Both the position numbers and the translations under genes were made by a program. From Lama guanicoe (taxonomy: Eukaryota), in the NCBI GenBank assembly GCA_013239625.1, contig MU054194.1:176015-196014 (forward strand): DNA of 20,000 bases. Direction: 5' to 3'. The notes beneath the pieces are model-generated. The model was not told the DNA's origin. It did not search any database and saw nothing but the letters and a program-made list of their open reading frames with translations. Below, one piece after another: positions 1-11,659 of the stretch (its first letter is position 1; each line of letters begins with the position of its first letter).

Positions 1-1149
1 CAGAGCTAAGAGGATGTTTCCTGGGTGGGTCCTCCACTGTCCCAGGCTGGGGTTCAGGCAGGAGCCCTGCCAGATTCACCATGACTGTGGACCTGATCTC
101 CCACAGAGAAAGTAACAATTATTGGATTAAAATTACCTGTCAAAATCCCTTCAATTACCTGTGAACTATTTCACAGCAGGGGATGTTTCATTAGCCAGTC
201 AACTGTCCATCTCCCCTGATACAAGGGACCAGCATCGTGGCGGGCTCCAAGGTGGCCTGGCCAGTGCAGCTGCCTGCTTTGCTCTCCAGTCTTGGCTTCC
301 TAACTTTGACACTTTCAAAGCTCCCATCCCTCTTCCCTCTGGCCTGGTGTGAATGAACAAGGTCACTGCACCCACCTGGGCTGAGCCCAAGCCACGCACA
401 CAGCCCCATACACACAGCCCACCATCTGCTGTCTACCCCTGGGCTCAAGTGCACCCTCTGAACTCCCCCACCCCCAAAGGTCCACATGCCCAGTGCCTCC
501 ACCTTAGGGGTCCAGATCACCATCAGGACCATTAACCACCCAAGGCCCACAGGCCAGTTTCGGGCTACCCGGGATCACCCTGACTCGTAGGCTCAGTTGA
601 GGCGCAGGGCGTGGGGATCAGGGTGCCAGGGCAGGAGTTGGAACAGCCTCCAGCCCAGCCTGCCTCACCCAGTAGCCTCAGACACTAACTATGCAGGTGC
701 ACACTAGGCCGGATCCCCTGCTGGTGGCAGTAGTCATCATTACTGGAGCCCTGATATCCCTGCACCAACCACAGGGTGAGGGGTGAGGGAGTCAGCTCAG
801 CGTAGGGGTGCACTCTGAGTGAAGGGGATCACGTGGTGAGGGGATACAGGTTGAGGGGTGAGGGGCCCGCTCAGAGTGGAACTGACCTGGCTGAGAGGTG
901 AGGGGGACAATCTCAAGATGGTGGGGGTCCTGCAATGAGGCATGAGGGGTAAGTTTGGGGGTGTAGGGGCCATAGGTTAAGACCTAGCAGGATGAAGTGT
1001 CGGGGCAGGGACCTCAGCATGAGGAGAAGGAGCCCCGTCTTCAAGGTCTGGTGGGAGACTGGGTCTGGCCATGGGTGGGAGGGTAGTAACAAGGAGGAGA
1101 AGGTGAGCAGGGGGATTGGGGCTGGCGGGGTGTGGCCTGGCCCAGGGCG

Positions 1150-2500
1150 GTTGTGGTTCTAATTCAGTACCAGGACCCAGTCGGTGGCGGGATGGGGGCG
1201 TTGGGGATGGTGACCCGGTGGGACAAGCCGGAGGGGCCCCACTTGGCTCCTCCCGGCCCCAGTGGCCAGGTCCGGTAAAGCAGGAGACCCACCTGAGCAG
1301 TTTGCGCTGCGGGCGGGAGGAGGAGGGGCGCGCACGCGCAGACGGACAGACGCGCGGACGCCGGAACCCACCCAGAACGCGTGGAAGCTGGCGGCAGCCG
1401 GTTGCTCCTGGACCAGCTCCTGGAAGAGGAACAAGGCCTGGGGTCTGGGCCGCCGCTTGCCCTTGGCTCTGCTGGTGGGCGCTGGTGGGGCCGCGCTGGT
1501 CGTGGAGCCAGCAGGTGACGCCTGGGCTATGCAGTTGTGAAGGCGCACAGGGAGGGGTGCGTAGGTGAGGTCCAGGCAGCACTTCCGTTAGGACCTCGAG
1601 GCAGGTCCCGGCCGCTGCTGTGGTTCGCGGTGCACCCCCACCACATTAGTAGTCCCTGAACCCCGCGTTTTTGCCGCCGCTTATATCCCAGTTTAGGATA
1701 GCAGGTACAGCCCCGGAAGGTGGGAGGGCACCGGACGTCCCCGGAGCATCTGCGACTGCCCTCAGACCATGGCCTGCTCCCGGGAGGCGGGTGCAGTGCG
1801 ATCTCTGGGCCTCGGATGGAATGAGGGCTGCCCCATGAGAGCCCCTGAATTTGCTCCCATCTGCCCCACGGCCTGACCTTGGAGGCGGCCTCTAAAGCCC
1901 CAGGTTTGCGGGACTCAGGTTACAGGTCAGGCTGCTACTGGGAGGTGGGCACGGTGTGGTCAGTGTGCGGGGTTGGCTGCAGCAACAGCGGGAAATGGTA
2001 GCAAACCCCCGCGCTCTCACAAGGCAGCCCCAATCTCGCCATCGCAGCCGCCGCCATCCCCTGACAGCACAGCGCCTGCCTTCCAGGAACAGGATGACCT
2101 GTAACCTGAGTTCCATGAACCTAGGGCAGTAGAGGCCAAGCCAAGGCCATGCGTTGGGGAGTTTGAAGCAAATCCACAGGCTCCCATGGGCAGACCCCAT
2201 AACCCGCCGCTGCCTTTGACCACACCGCGCCCTCCTCCTGGGAGCAGGCTGACCTGGGGACCATGCCAGGGGCAGCAGAGGCTGAGCGCAGGACAGGCCA
2301 TGGGGGAGATAGGGGCATATCGACCATCTTGCAATGGGCAGCTCCCCTCTCCCCGCTGCAGCCCCAGGTTCGCGGATCACTTGTTTCCAAGTCAGTGGGC
2401 TCCTGGGAGGCAGGCGCGTGTGGTCACGAGGCGGGGACTGCGGGGAGGGGTGCTGCCCCAGGGGGAGGGTGGACTTGCTCCCATCTCCCCCAGGGCCAGA
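1150..2500. promoter_or_regulatory. CpG island / GC-rich promoter-like region
   Basis: Very GC-rich with dense CpG (e.g. gcgcacgcgcagacggacagacgcgcggacgccgg near 1328-1363; ccccgcgtttttgccgccgc at 1661-1680), in contrast to the CpG-poor remainder. ETS-like CACTTCCG at 1580-1587. Boundaries approximate. Confidence 0.7.
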
Positions 2501-2684
2501 CCTGGGGATGGCCTCTGCTGCCCCAGGTTCACAGAATGCATGTCATGTCAGCCTGTTCCTTGGAGGAGGGCTCAGTGTACTTGGGGCAGCCTCAGTGGCT
2601 GACAGGGACTTTAGAAGTGGTATCTAGCCCAGCATAACTAACTCCCCTTTCTTCTCTTGCTTCCTCAGTTGGTGGCTGTATCAA

Positions 2685-3817
2685 CTTTTTCATTATACGT
2701 TATTGCTGGATAATGAACATAGGTTTCTGTGCTATACAGAAGAAGTTTTATTTAAAATCTCTTTTTATATATAGTGGCTAACATTTGTAAATCTCAAACT
2801 CCCAAATTTATCCCTTCCCATCCCCTTTCCCTGGTAACCTTAAGATTGTTTAGTAAGTCTGCAAGTCTGTTGCTGTTTTGTAGATGAGTTCAGAGTGTCT
2901 TTTTCTTTCTTTTTTTAGGTTGAAAATATGAGTGATATCATTTGTTATTTTTCTGTTTCTGGCTCCCTTCACTTAGAATGACGATCTCTAGATCCATCCA
3001 TGTTGCTGCAAATGGTGTTATTTTGTCCTTTTCATGATAGAGTAGTATTCCAGCATATAAATATACCACAACTTCTTTATCCAGTCATCTGTTGCTACAT
3101 TTAGGTTGCCTCCATGTCTCAGCTATTGTATACAGTGGTGCTATGAATACTGGGGTATAGCATTCACATTGGAGTTCCCTCCAGTTATATACCCAGAAGT
3201 GGAATTGCTGGATCATAGGGTAATTCTACTTTTATTATTTTGAGGGATTTCCATGTTTTCCATAATGACTACACCAAACTACATTCCCACCAGCAGTGTA
3301 AGAGGGTTCCCTTTTCTCCACAGCTTCTCCAGCATTTGTCATTTGTGGATTTTTGAAAGATGGCCATTCTGACTGGTGTGAGCTGATACCTCATTGTAGT
3401 GTTGATTTCCATTTCTCTGTTAATTAGTGATATTGAGCATTTTTTCAGGTGCCTATTGGCCATTTGTATGTCTTCATTGGAGAAATGCTTGTTTAGGTTT
3501 TCTGCCCATTTTTGGATTGAGTTTTTTGTTTTTTTTTTTTGTTATTAAGTTGTATGAGCTGTTTATATATTCTGGAAATTAAGCCTTTGTTAGTAATATC
3601 ATTTGCAAATATTTTCTCCCATTTGTAGGTTGTTGTATTGTTTTACTTATGGTTGCCTTTGCTGTGAAGAAACTTATGAGTTTAATTATGTCCCATTTCT
3701 TTATTTTTGCTCTTATTTCCATTGTCTTGGTAGATTGCCCTAGGAGAATGTTGCTAAGATTTATGTCAGATAATGTTTTGCCTATGTTTTCTTTTAGGAG
3801 ATTTATCATGTCTTGTC
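2685..3817 (-). mobile_element. LINE-1 3' fragment (end of ORF2 plus 3' UTR), 5'-truncated and degenerate
   Basis: Minus-strand ORFs 3269-3463 ([13 protein letters not shown]...[11 protein letters not shown]...[19 protein letters not shown]) and 3579-3809 (LLKENIGKTLSDI...KIKKWDIIKLISF) match the L1 ORF2p C-terminal region. T-rich 3' UTR-type sequence continues leftward. Confidence 0.93.
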
Positions 3818-3829
3818 CATCTGCATCTT

Positions 3830-4090
3830 AAGCCTGTACTCTAGATCTGTGCTTCAGTTTTGAATTTCGAGCTTCTTAGAGAACACCTGCTCTTAGCTCA
3901 TATGTCAGATTCAACATGTCTAAAGCTGGTTTCATAATCTTTTTCTTGCAGCACCTCCACTTATTCAGTGAGATAATCATTCTTCCAGTCCTGAACACCA
4001 AAAGGCTTGGAATGGTCTTTGATTTATCTTTCTGTCACCACCCTCCACATTTTGTCAGCTTCTGGAACTGTATGATTTTGGTTTCAAGTG
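3830..4090 (+). mobile_element. LINE-2 (L2) fragment
   Basis: tcagattcaacatgtctaaagctgg...cttccagtcctgaacaccaaaaggcttggaatggtctttga resembles the L2 consensus segment ctcaaactcaacatgtccaaaactgaa...caaaaaccttggagtcatccttga. Confidence 0.6.
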
Positions 4091-7000
4091 TCTATTCTGA
4101 TTCCTGATACTCTGATGAAGAGCTTTCATCCCTGATACTTGAATGTTTCCTTTTGTTGAACTCTTGGATATTCTCTCCCCACCTGTCTACCTACAGTTTG
4201 ACCTTCCAACGTGTAGAGTCATGTCAAAGACTTACCACAAAAGGATCTCTCAGCCAGGTAGTCTCAGCCCTCCATCATTTTGGCCTTACCTTATGTGTTC
4301 CAATCATTATGTGCCTTAGCCTCCTTGTGTAACCTGTGCTTTATCAAAATCCAGGAGTCTCCAGCCTTTTCCTATCCAGTCCTGAGTTAAAACAGTTTAG
4401 AATTGCCCTGAGAACTAGTTGGAACCCCGTCCCCTTCATAGAGTCTTCCCTATTTACTCCAACTACTTCTAGCTCCCCTTTGTATTCCTGCACTGTTTAT
4501 GACTGGTAGCCCATAATCTTGGCTTTGAGTACTGACTTGGTGCCATTCCCAGGTGGTTTCCAGTGTGCCTCCTTGCTTAGCTAGTAACTGGAGAAGACTC
4601 CCTTGTTCAGCCTCCTTTATACCCCTCACCCTGCTTAGCATCAGGCAATAGCAGGCATCCAGGCAGTGCTTACCTACTTTATTTATTCGCAGGGGTGGTG
4701 GTGTGGAGTATAGCTAATAACTTTTAATTCAGTGTTGCAATTAATAAGAAAATTCAAGACATAAAAATTTATCATGTTCAGTTTAGTGCTTTACCTCAAC
4801 AGTTTTCTAAACTCTGTGTTTACATTCACATAGTGTTCAGTGCTTGTACAGTTCCCTGAGGCAAGCAGATGAGATGTTATTATGTTTGATTTTCACATTA
4901 TGTTTCATATTGGATATATTTGTGGAATGACAAAACCTTCTTTTATAAATACACAGCCGGAAGCACAGAGATACTAAGAGCCTAACCTAGAGTCACCTGT
5001 TTAGTGCGGGGCACAGGCCAGGACTGCAGTTCCCATCTTCCAGCTGATCCTCTTCCAATGCCTTTTCATTCCAGTGCTGGGAAATGTAGCCCCATCAGCC
5101 AAATGGCCAAGTAGTTTTGCTGCCCCCTTACCTGCCAGTGATGGCACTGCTACAAAAAGTGGCCAAAGAAAGGTCAGAAATAGGAGTGATAAAAGACATG
5201 GAAGTGCTGGAAATGGATCCTCAACCTCCTCCTCCCTATTTGAGCTCCTCACAAGTGTCCCACTCTGACAGTGCTATTCATTGTTTATAACATAGTCTTT
5301 AAAATGAGACTGATGTTTTATAGGACATGCTTTTGCCCTGTTCCCTTTCCTGCTAGTAGTCACTGTCAGGGACAGAAAGTGCCTGACTGTGCTCTCTTTG
5401 TCACGTAGTTGGGAGGGAAAGTGGGAGAGGGAGCAGGTTGAACTGAAGCTGAGCTTTCTACAGCTCTGTTGTTCTACGATCAGAGCAGTTCCACTTCTGC
5501 TTTCATCACCTCTCCACCTCTGAGTCCCAGCCACCCCCTCTTGCCTGCTTCCCCACATGCCACATCCTCGGGGAGGACAGGGTGGTGGGCAATGCCTCCT
5601 CTACCCTCCGCTCTGGGAGGTGCAGGAGTCTGCTTTAACTGTTGAGCCATTTTGGTAATTGGGCTTTTCCAGCTTTTCTAGACATCTCTTTCCAGCTCTG
5701 AGAAATTGGAGATGTAACTTTTAGCCATACATGGACTATACTAATATATTCAGTGGCATTAATGTGATGTTGTCTGTAACGTGTTCTGTGACTGGATAGG
5801 AGGTTTTTTATCTCACAGGATGCTTCACCTGCAATTCTAAAGGCCTACAGGCTGCAGGTGTAATTCAAGTTCTTACATGTCTGTAGGGCAGACATGAACA
5901 TTATTTGGTAATATGACCATATGTTCATAGATTACAGTAAGTCTGCCGGCTCTGTATCCAATTAAAGTTTAAATTCCAAACACTTGAAGAAACTACAGAA
6001 CATTTCTTTTTGCCTGTAATTAGTTGCAAACACTGAAAACACAACTCTTCCACAAGCCACAGTGTTTCCAGTGGAGAAAGCCCTCTACTTTTACAACCTC
6101 TAAGTAATGCGGTGGTTCTTTGGGTGAGATGAGGGATGACACAGTATGTTGTTGGGATAGTAGAGTGGCATGACAAGTATTCTGGGACTGGTTACAGTTG
6201 AATCTCTACTCCTATATCCTGGACTGATTACAGAGGCAATGTTAGTGCGATAACCAGCTTCTGAATGCAAGTGTAGCTAGAAAGACAACAGAGAAAATAG
6301 AAGGGATATAAAGTAATGGAGGAACTTCAGAGCAGTACAATGGTGACTTTGACACCACCAGCTACTGACATGAACTTGGTAGGAATTTGTGAGAAGTGGT
6401 GGGTGACTCATTGCAAGCAGGGGAGTCCTGCAGATTTTGGGGTGAACAGGCAAAGGGGAGAGCAGATATTGTGGCCACCTGGGAGCTGAGTATTTGTGTT
6501 CTGAATGTGAAAATTTCTCGTCCCCTGTTCAATTTTGCAGCCACAACTTCACATGACTCAGGGCATTATTTCCACCTGAAAACCAAAAAAAAAAAAACAA
6601 AAAACCTCTGTTTCCTAAAATGTTTGTTCTTGATCTGAGATGATTGTCCTGTGGTAGGAGGTAAGTGGATAATGGGGCCTATTACATCACCCCCTTTCAC
6701 TAAAAGTCTACCTAGCTGCTTTTCACCTTACTCCTAGAGGTGCTGTCATTCAGTTATACCTAGACCTGTAAAAAGGGCTTTCCTGAATCCTGACATGAAG
6801 AGGGATGGTTATGTGTAGTTTTAAAAAATTGCTTGGGTCATGTGGCCCTTTGTTCCTTCCATTGGAAATCACTATTCCAAAGCAAATAGTATGCATCTAA
6901 AGAAACTATGTTATTTCTAAGGTGTCCTCAGAAGTTTTGCAGTAGGTTTAAATCTTTGCTTGGTGATGGCATCTTGATTGTTTGAAGGAGGCAGCCCTCA

Positions 7001-7311
7001 TTAAGGGCTTTATTTGCTTCCTGTTTGAGAGTTCCATTACTGGCAGTAGAGTGTTCTTAGGCAGAGTTAGAAAGTTACCTGGTCTGAGAAGCCGACCTTG
7101 CCTGCAGCTGGGAATTGGCAGAAGAGTCGATTATGGAAGGAAGGCTTTAGGATTATCTGGTAGCAGAGTTCTGGGATCCAAACCCTGGGAAACCTCAGCT
7201 CTTGTAGAGTATGTTCTGTAACAATAGGCTATTGGATAATTTTAATACTGATTATGGGATGTAGAGTTGGGAAAGACTTAAAAGTAAAAGAACTTCAAAA
7301 AAGAATCTCCT

Positions 7312-7469
7312 GGGGAGGGTATAGTTCAATTGGTAGAGCTGATGCTTAGCATGCACAAGGTCCTGGGTTCAATCCCCAGTACCTCCTCCAAAAATAAACT
7401 TAATTACCTATGCCCTGCCAAAGTAAAAATAATTAAATAATGCAATAATAAATAAATAAAAATATTAAT
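7312..7469 (+). mobile_element. tRNA-derived SINE (camelid Vic-1-like)
   Basis: GGGGAGGGTATAGTTCAATTGGTAGAG (A box) ... GGTTCAATCCCC (B box), then an A-rich tail. Perfect 11-bp target-site duplication AAAGAATCTCC at 7300-7310 and 7470-7480. Confidence 0.9.
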
Positions 7470-8449
7470 AAAGAATCTCCAAATATTTTAAAGAAAACAG
7501 TTCTTAGAATGAGAGCTTTTCTACATAAGACAAACTCTTCACAGGGGAAGCAGGGAGAAGGTGTAACTTCACTTACGGTAACTTAAAAGTTAAACCTTAC
7601 CCTCCCACTTGGCTGTTTCCTGGTGTATGTTCATTTTCCACATCTGTAGTTTTAGACGTGTTGTGTCATTTTCTGGTACTCCATTCTGCTTCTGACTGAG
7701 ACTGACACAAACTCACATAGCAATTGAAAAATTATACAAAGGGGTTTATTGTTAAAAATGTAGACCTGTGGCAGGGTGCTGCATTTGCAAGTGACTCAGT
7801 ACAGAGAACACTTAAAAGAATGCAGTGTTATTTCTTCTTTATTCCTTTAAGCTTTTGAATAGAAGCTTTTCTTTGCAGAGTTTCTGGAGTACATCAGAAA
7901 AAGCAGGAACTAATAATAGCTTTAAGAAAGCACCAGTATAGACGTTGCTTATTGTATGGTATGTGTCTTAAAGTTAATTCGTTAAAGCCAGAAGTTGTAG
8001 CTCTCAATTTCTTAAGCAAATATAAACATTCTTGACACTTAATGACATTCTTTGTAGGGCAGAGCTGCTTTTGCTTCCATTCTGAGCATTGAAAGGCCTT
8101 CTATGATAGTTCTACCAGTCCTCAATATTTTATTTTCCCTCTGTTGTGAACTTAACTTATTAAACTTGAAGCAGATATAAATATCATTAACTTGCTACTT
8201 ATGTAGATATTCAGTGTTACATAGTCAGAAAGTTTGTGTACATCACACGTATCTACATAATTCCCCCCTTTCCAACTGTGTTCCTGATGAAAGGATGGTG
8301 GGAAATGGCATTATGGGGATATGTCTTACAGTACACAGTGTTTCCCCTGTTCCCTCTACCAGATCTGGATGTTCTTTCATCTTTCGGCTTCTAGACTTAC
8401 TAGCTCTTTTTCTTCAGCCAGGTGTAACTCATCCCCCTGTGCACGCGCG

Positions 8450-8470
8450 CACACACACACACACACACAC
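8450..8470. repeat. (CA)n microsatellite
   Basis: About 10 CA units preceded by gcacgcgcg. Confidence 0.95.
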
Positions 8471-8764
8471 GGCCGTAGGGAGTAGCGTGTACCATCCATT
8501 TCTCCCACTCCAGCTCTGGACCTACCCACTGGAGGCAATGTCTTGCACTAATTCATTTGTAAGTTCCCTTTAAAAACTCCAGTGGTTGGGAAACTGGGCT
8601 GATATCCACAATGAGTAGGCAGGCCCTCAAGGGATCAGGTGTCTCTCAATTAGTGTTGATTCTGGGCCTGGGGACATGAGCAAGGTTAACTTCTATGGTT
8701 AATGTCAGGTTATCTTAATATTTGAGTACTTGGGTTTCATGTCTTCCTCTACCACCTGTGTGAC

Positions 8765-9740
8765 CCATGATTCCCACATTTCTGTCTCCCGCTAGACTTT
8801 TTCTCTCCAACTCTGGACTCTTAAAATCTTCTGCTGATTTGACATCTTCACTTGAAACTCTGATATCTTAAAACCAACATGTGTGAAAACTGAGCTCTTG
8901 GTCCTCACCCTAAACTGTTCTGCAGCCTCCCCCATTCAGTTAGTGGAAACTTAACCCTTCCAGCTGCTTGGGTCAAAAAACCTGGGGTTATTCTGACTCT
9001 CACTGACATAAACCATGCATTCTGTCAACAGATCTGGTTTAACACTGCCTTTAAAACAGATCCAGAACCCAGCCACTTCTCACCATGGCTCCTGCCTCCA
9101 CTGATGCTTCCCTGCCCTGAGCCACTGTCCTCTCCTCCTGCACAGCCCTTCTCAGAGGCTTCCCTCCTTTCATATCTGACCTGTATGGACTATTCTCACC
9201 CGGCAGTCAAGTGAGCCTTTGAAAACCTAAGTTAGATTGTGTCATCCTTCTGCTGAGCCTCCCCATTTCACTCCTGGTAAAAGCCACAGTCCTTACAATG
9301 TCCTTCAAGGCCGTACAGGATCTGCACTGCCCCCTCCCCGCAGCCCTAGCCCTGCACCCATCCTGGAACATGCGAGGTGCATGCTGGCCTTGGTGTTGGT
9401 TATTCAGTCCTCCTGGGCCTTCTCACCTCTTAGTCCTAGTTCTAACCTCAGTCCTCAGGTTGGCCTGCTCTGATATTTAATACAACATCACCCTCATCCC
9501 ATACTCTCAACTCTCTTTACCTTGCCCTTTTTTCTTTTTTCCATGGTTCCTCTTTCCTAACTTGCCACCTCCTCTGCTGCTCTGTTGTGTGAATTGTAAC
9601 CTCCACCCCCAGCCCCAGCCAGACTCCAGCCAAGCTCCATGAGGACAGGACTTTTGTTTTGTTTATTGATCTATTCCAAGTGCCTAGACCAGTCCTGGGT
9701 ACATAGTAGGCAGTCAAAAATTATTTGCTGAATAAATTAA
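8765..9740 (+). mobile_element. LINE-2 (L2) 3' fragment, about 1 kb
   Basis: aaaaccaacatgtgtgaaaactgagctc and caaaaaacctggggttattctgactc internally. Canonical L2 3' end: agctccatgaggacaggactttt...gtgcctagaccagtcctgggtacatagtaggcagtcaaaaattatttgctgaataaat. Confidence 0.85.
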
Positions 9741-9889
9741 AAGACTATTTTAAAAATGAATCATCCTTTCAGGAACGGGTGAGGAAAGGAAGCTGCATGA
9801 AGAAAAATGGTGCAGTAAATAATGATATTTGCCTGTTGTTCTTTGTGTGATATATATATGTTTCTTTAGGCTTAATTTGGTATCCCAGT

Positions 9890-10050
9890 TTCTTAATTTA
9901 ATAGTTGTATTAAGGTATAATTTACAGGCCATAAAATTCACACATTATAATTGTACAAGTCTGTCATTTTAGCTACTTCTAGAGTTGTGTAACTGTGTCC
10001 TCAAAACGTCCCGTTGTGTCCGTCCGTATGCAGTTAGCCCTCCCCTCAGT
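9890..10050 (-). mobile_element. old L1 (L1M-type) 3' end fragment
   Basis: tattaaggtataatttacaggccataaaattcacacattataattgtaca resembles the reverse complement of L1M 3' termini. Confidence 0.5.
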
Positions 10051-10189
10051 GGCACCCTGATTTTATTTTATTTTTTTTGACAACCACATCTCAAAAGAAT
10101 AATTTACACAGCAGTACTAATATAGCTTTGCACTGTTAGAAATGACACACTTAAATATGAAATCAACTGTCATTGCTGAATGTATTAGA

Positions 10190-10390
10190 CATTGGTGAGA
10201 AGAATGGACTTGAGTGTCAGGCTGGCCGCAGTCGTACCCAGCTCCACCATTTACCCAGTTACCCAAATTATTTTGTGCCTCAAGCTCTTTATCTGTTATA
10301 TGGGGGTAATGAAAGCAGCTTACAGAGTTGTTGTGAGGATTAAGCAAACAGGGAAACGTAATTTAGTATAGTGGCCAGCTTATGTTATTA
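10190..10390 (+). mobile_element. MIR SINE
   Basis: cccagctccaccatttac...tgtgcctcaagctctttatctgttatatgggggtaatga...cagagttgttgtgaggattaa matches the MIR core. Confidence 0.8.
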
Positions 10391-10797
10391 CCTAAATAAC
10401 AGCCTTGCAGGTAGAAGGCAAAATCCAAATCACTTTCTAAATTTCTAAAGTATGTATAAAATATGATCCAGTTCCTTCCTGGTTTGTAAATATGTATGCG
10501 TACTGCAGAATGTAAAAGCAGGTTAATTTCCAACAGAAAAGATCATTTCTCAGCATTTCTTTCAAAGGTAGTTGCAAAGCCATTTTTACTAAATTTTCTG
10601 TGCCCATCTCTGACAGCTTTGACACCAGGGAGTTAATTATCTACTTTTATGTTAAAATCATGCTGACCATCAGAAATTGTTGAGTTATATTTTAGCCTTT
10701 ATGTTGGGATATACTGTGAGACAATCCTCTAAATGAATGGGGGAGGGACACTCATTGTAGCTCTTGTAGCCTGATAAGCCTGCACTTAATTATCTTT

Positions 10798-10955
10798 TTT
10801 TAACTTTTAATTAAAGTAATTTAATTATTTTTTTGCCGGGAGTGGTAATTAGGTTTTTATTTATTTATCTTATTTTTAGAAGAAGTACTGGGGATTGAAC
10901 CCAGGCCCTTGTGCATGTTAAGAATATGCTCTTTCACTTGAGCTATACCCTCCCC
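10798..10955 (-). mobile_element. tRNA-derived SINE (Vic-1-like)
   Basis: Reverse complement of GGGGAGGGTATAGCTCAAGTG...CCTGGGTTCAATCCCCAGTAC with a T-rich tail. 14-bp TSD with 1 mismatch: ACTTAATTATCTTT at 10784-10797 and ACTAAATTATCTTT at 10956-10969. Confidence 0.9.
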
Positions 10956-11013
10956 ACTAAATTATCTTTAATAAGGTCTTTTTCTCTGTTTTGTTATTTT
11001 CTTTTATGTACAG

Positions 11014-11138
11014 ATGCACAAAGAAGGGTCATCAGAAGCCTCTCAGTTCCAAACATGATAATACTGAAAAACATTGCCCAGTGACAGTAAATCCTTGGCA
11101 TATGAAGAAATATTATAAAGTCCTGAATGAATTAACAG
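11014..11138 (+). pseudogene. KLHL2: KLHL2 (Mayven) coding exon 2 copy, diverged
   Basis: Strong polypyrimidine tract plus CAG acceptor (11011-11013) and AG|GTATTT donor. Translation from 11015 gives CTKKGHQKPLSSKHDNTEKHCPVTVNPWHMKKYYKVLNELT, versus recalled human KLHL2 CTKQGHQKPLDSKDDNTEKHCPVTVNPWHMKKAFKVMNELRS. The exon is 125 nt, apparently 1 nt short at the 3' end. No further KLHL2 exons recognised downstream. Confidence 0.88.
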
Positions 11139-11320
11139 GTATTTTTACTTTAACATGCATGTAACCATGGCTCTCTTACCTTTATTTTTCATTTTATAAT
11201 GAAGATATTCCCCACCCATGAAGGTTGTCTTGTTTGATATAGGGAATATCTAAAGCCTTTTCTGCAAGTTTTTTAAATAAGCAAGAGCAGGTAATTTGTC
11301 AGAAGTGTGAATGGTTTAAT

Positions 11321-11611
11321 CTGCTGTGTCTAGTATGGTAGCCACCAGCCACATGTGGCTATTGTGAATTGAGATGTTCTATAAGTGGAAAATACATAAT
11401 AGATTTTCAAGACTTCATACAACAAAAATAATGTAAAATATTTATTAATAAGTTTTAAAAGTGTTAATCACACTTTTGAAATGATAGTTTATTGGATATT
11501 TTGGGATAAATATAATTAATACTGGAATTAAATTCACTTGTTCCTTTCTATTTTATAAATGGGATTACTGGAAAATTGTGAGATGCATTATATTTCTATT
11601 GGACAGTGCTG
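11321..11611 (-). mobile_element. MER33-like hAT-Charlie non-autonomous DNA transposon
   Basis: Ends ctgctgtgtctagtatggtagccaccagccacatgtggctatt and gcattatatttctattggacagtgctg match the MER33/MER3-family termini. AT-rich interior. Confidence 0.8.
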
Positions 11612-11659
11612 GCTTCTAACTTATTGCAAATAATATGAAAAGAAAACTTTGATTAAAAA

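Noticed and set aside
2186..2220. atgggcagaccccataacccgccgctgcct as KLHL2 exon 1 (METPPLPP)
   Set aside because: Only the short ccgccgctgcct matches, the ATG spacing differs and no GT donor follows.
977..2637. Multiple overlapping 90-200 aa ORFs on both strands
   Set aside because: Expected from stop-codon scarcity in GC-rich DNA. Products are low-complexity Pro/Gly/Arg-rich with no recognisable domain.
3269..3809. L1 ORF2-like ORFs as an active retroelement
   Set aside because: Fragmented, 5'-truncated and lacking the endonuclease and RT core.
5894..5927. Small hairpin ATGAACAT...TGGT-loop-ACCA...ATGTTCAT
   Set aside because: Too short and AT-rich for a pre-miRNA; compatible with chance.
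7312..7385. tRNA-like sequences with A/B boxes (also near 10880-10955, 15024-15095 and 19320-19394)
   Set aside because: They have A-rich tails, mostly show target-site duplications and have degenerate stems, so they are SINE heads rather than tRNA genes.
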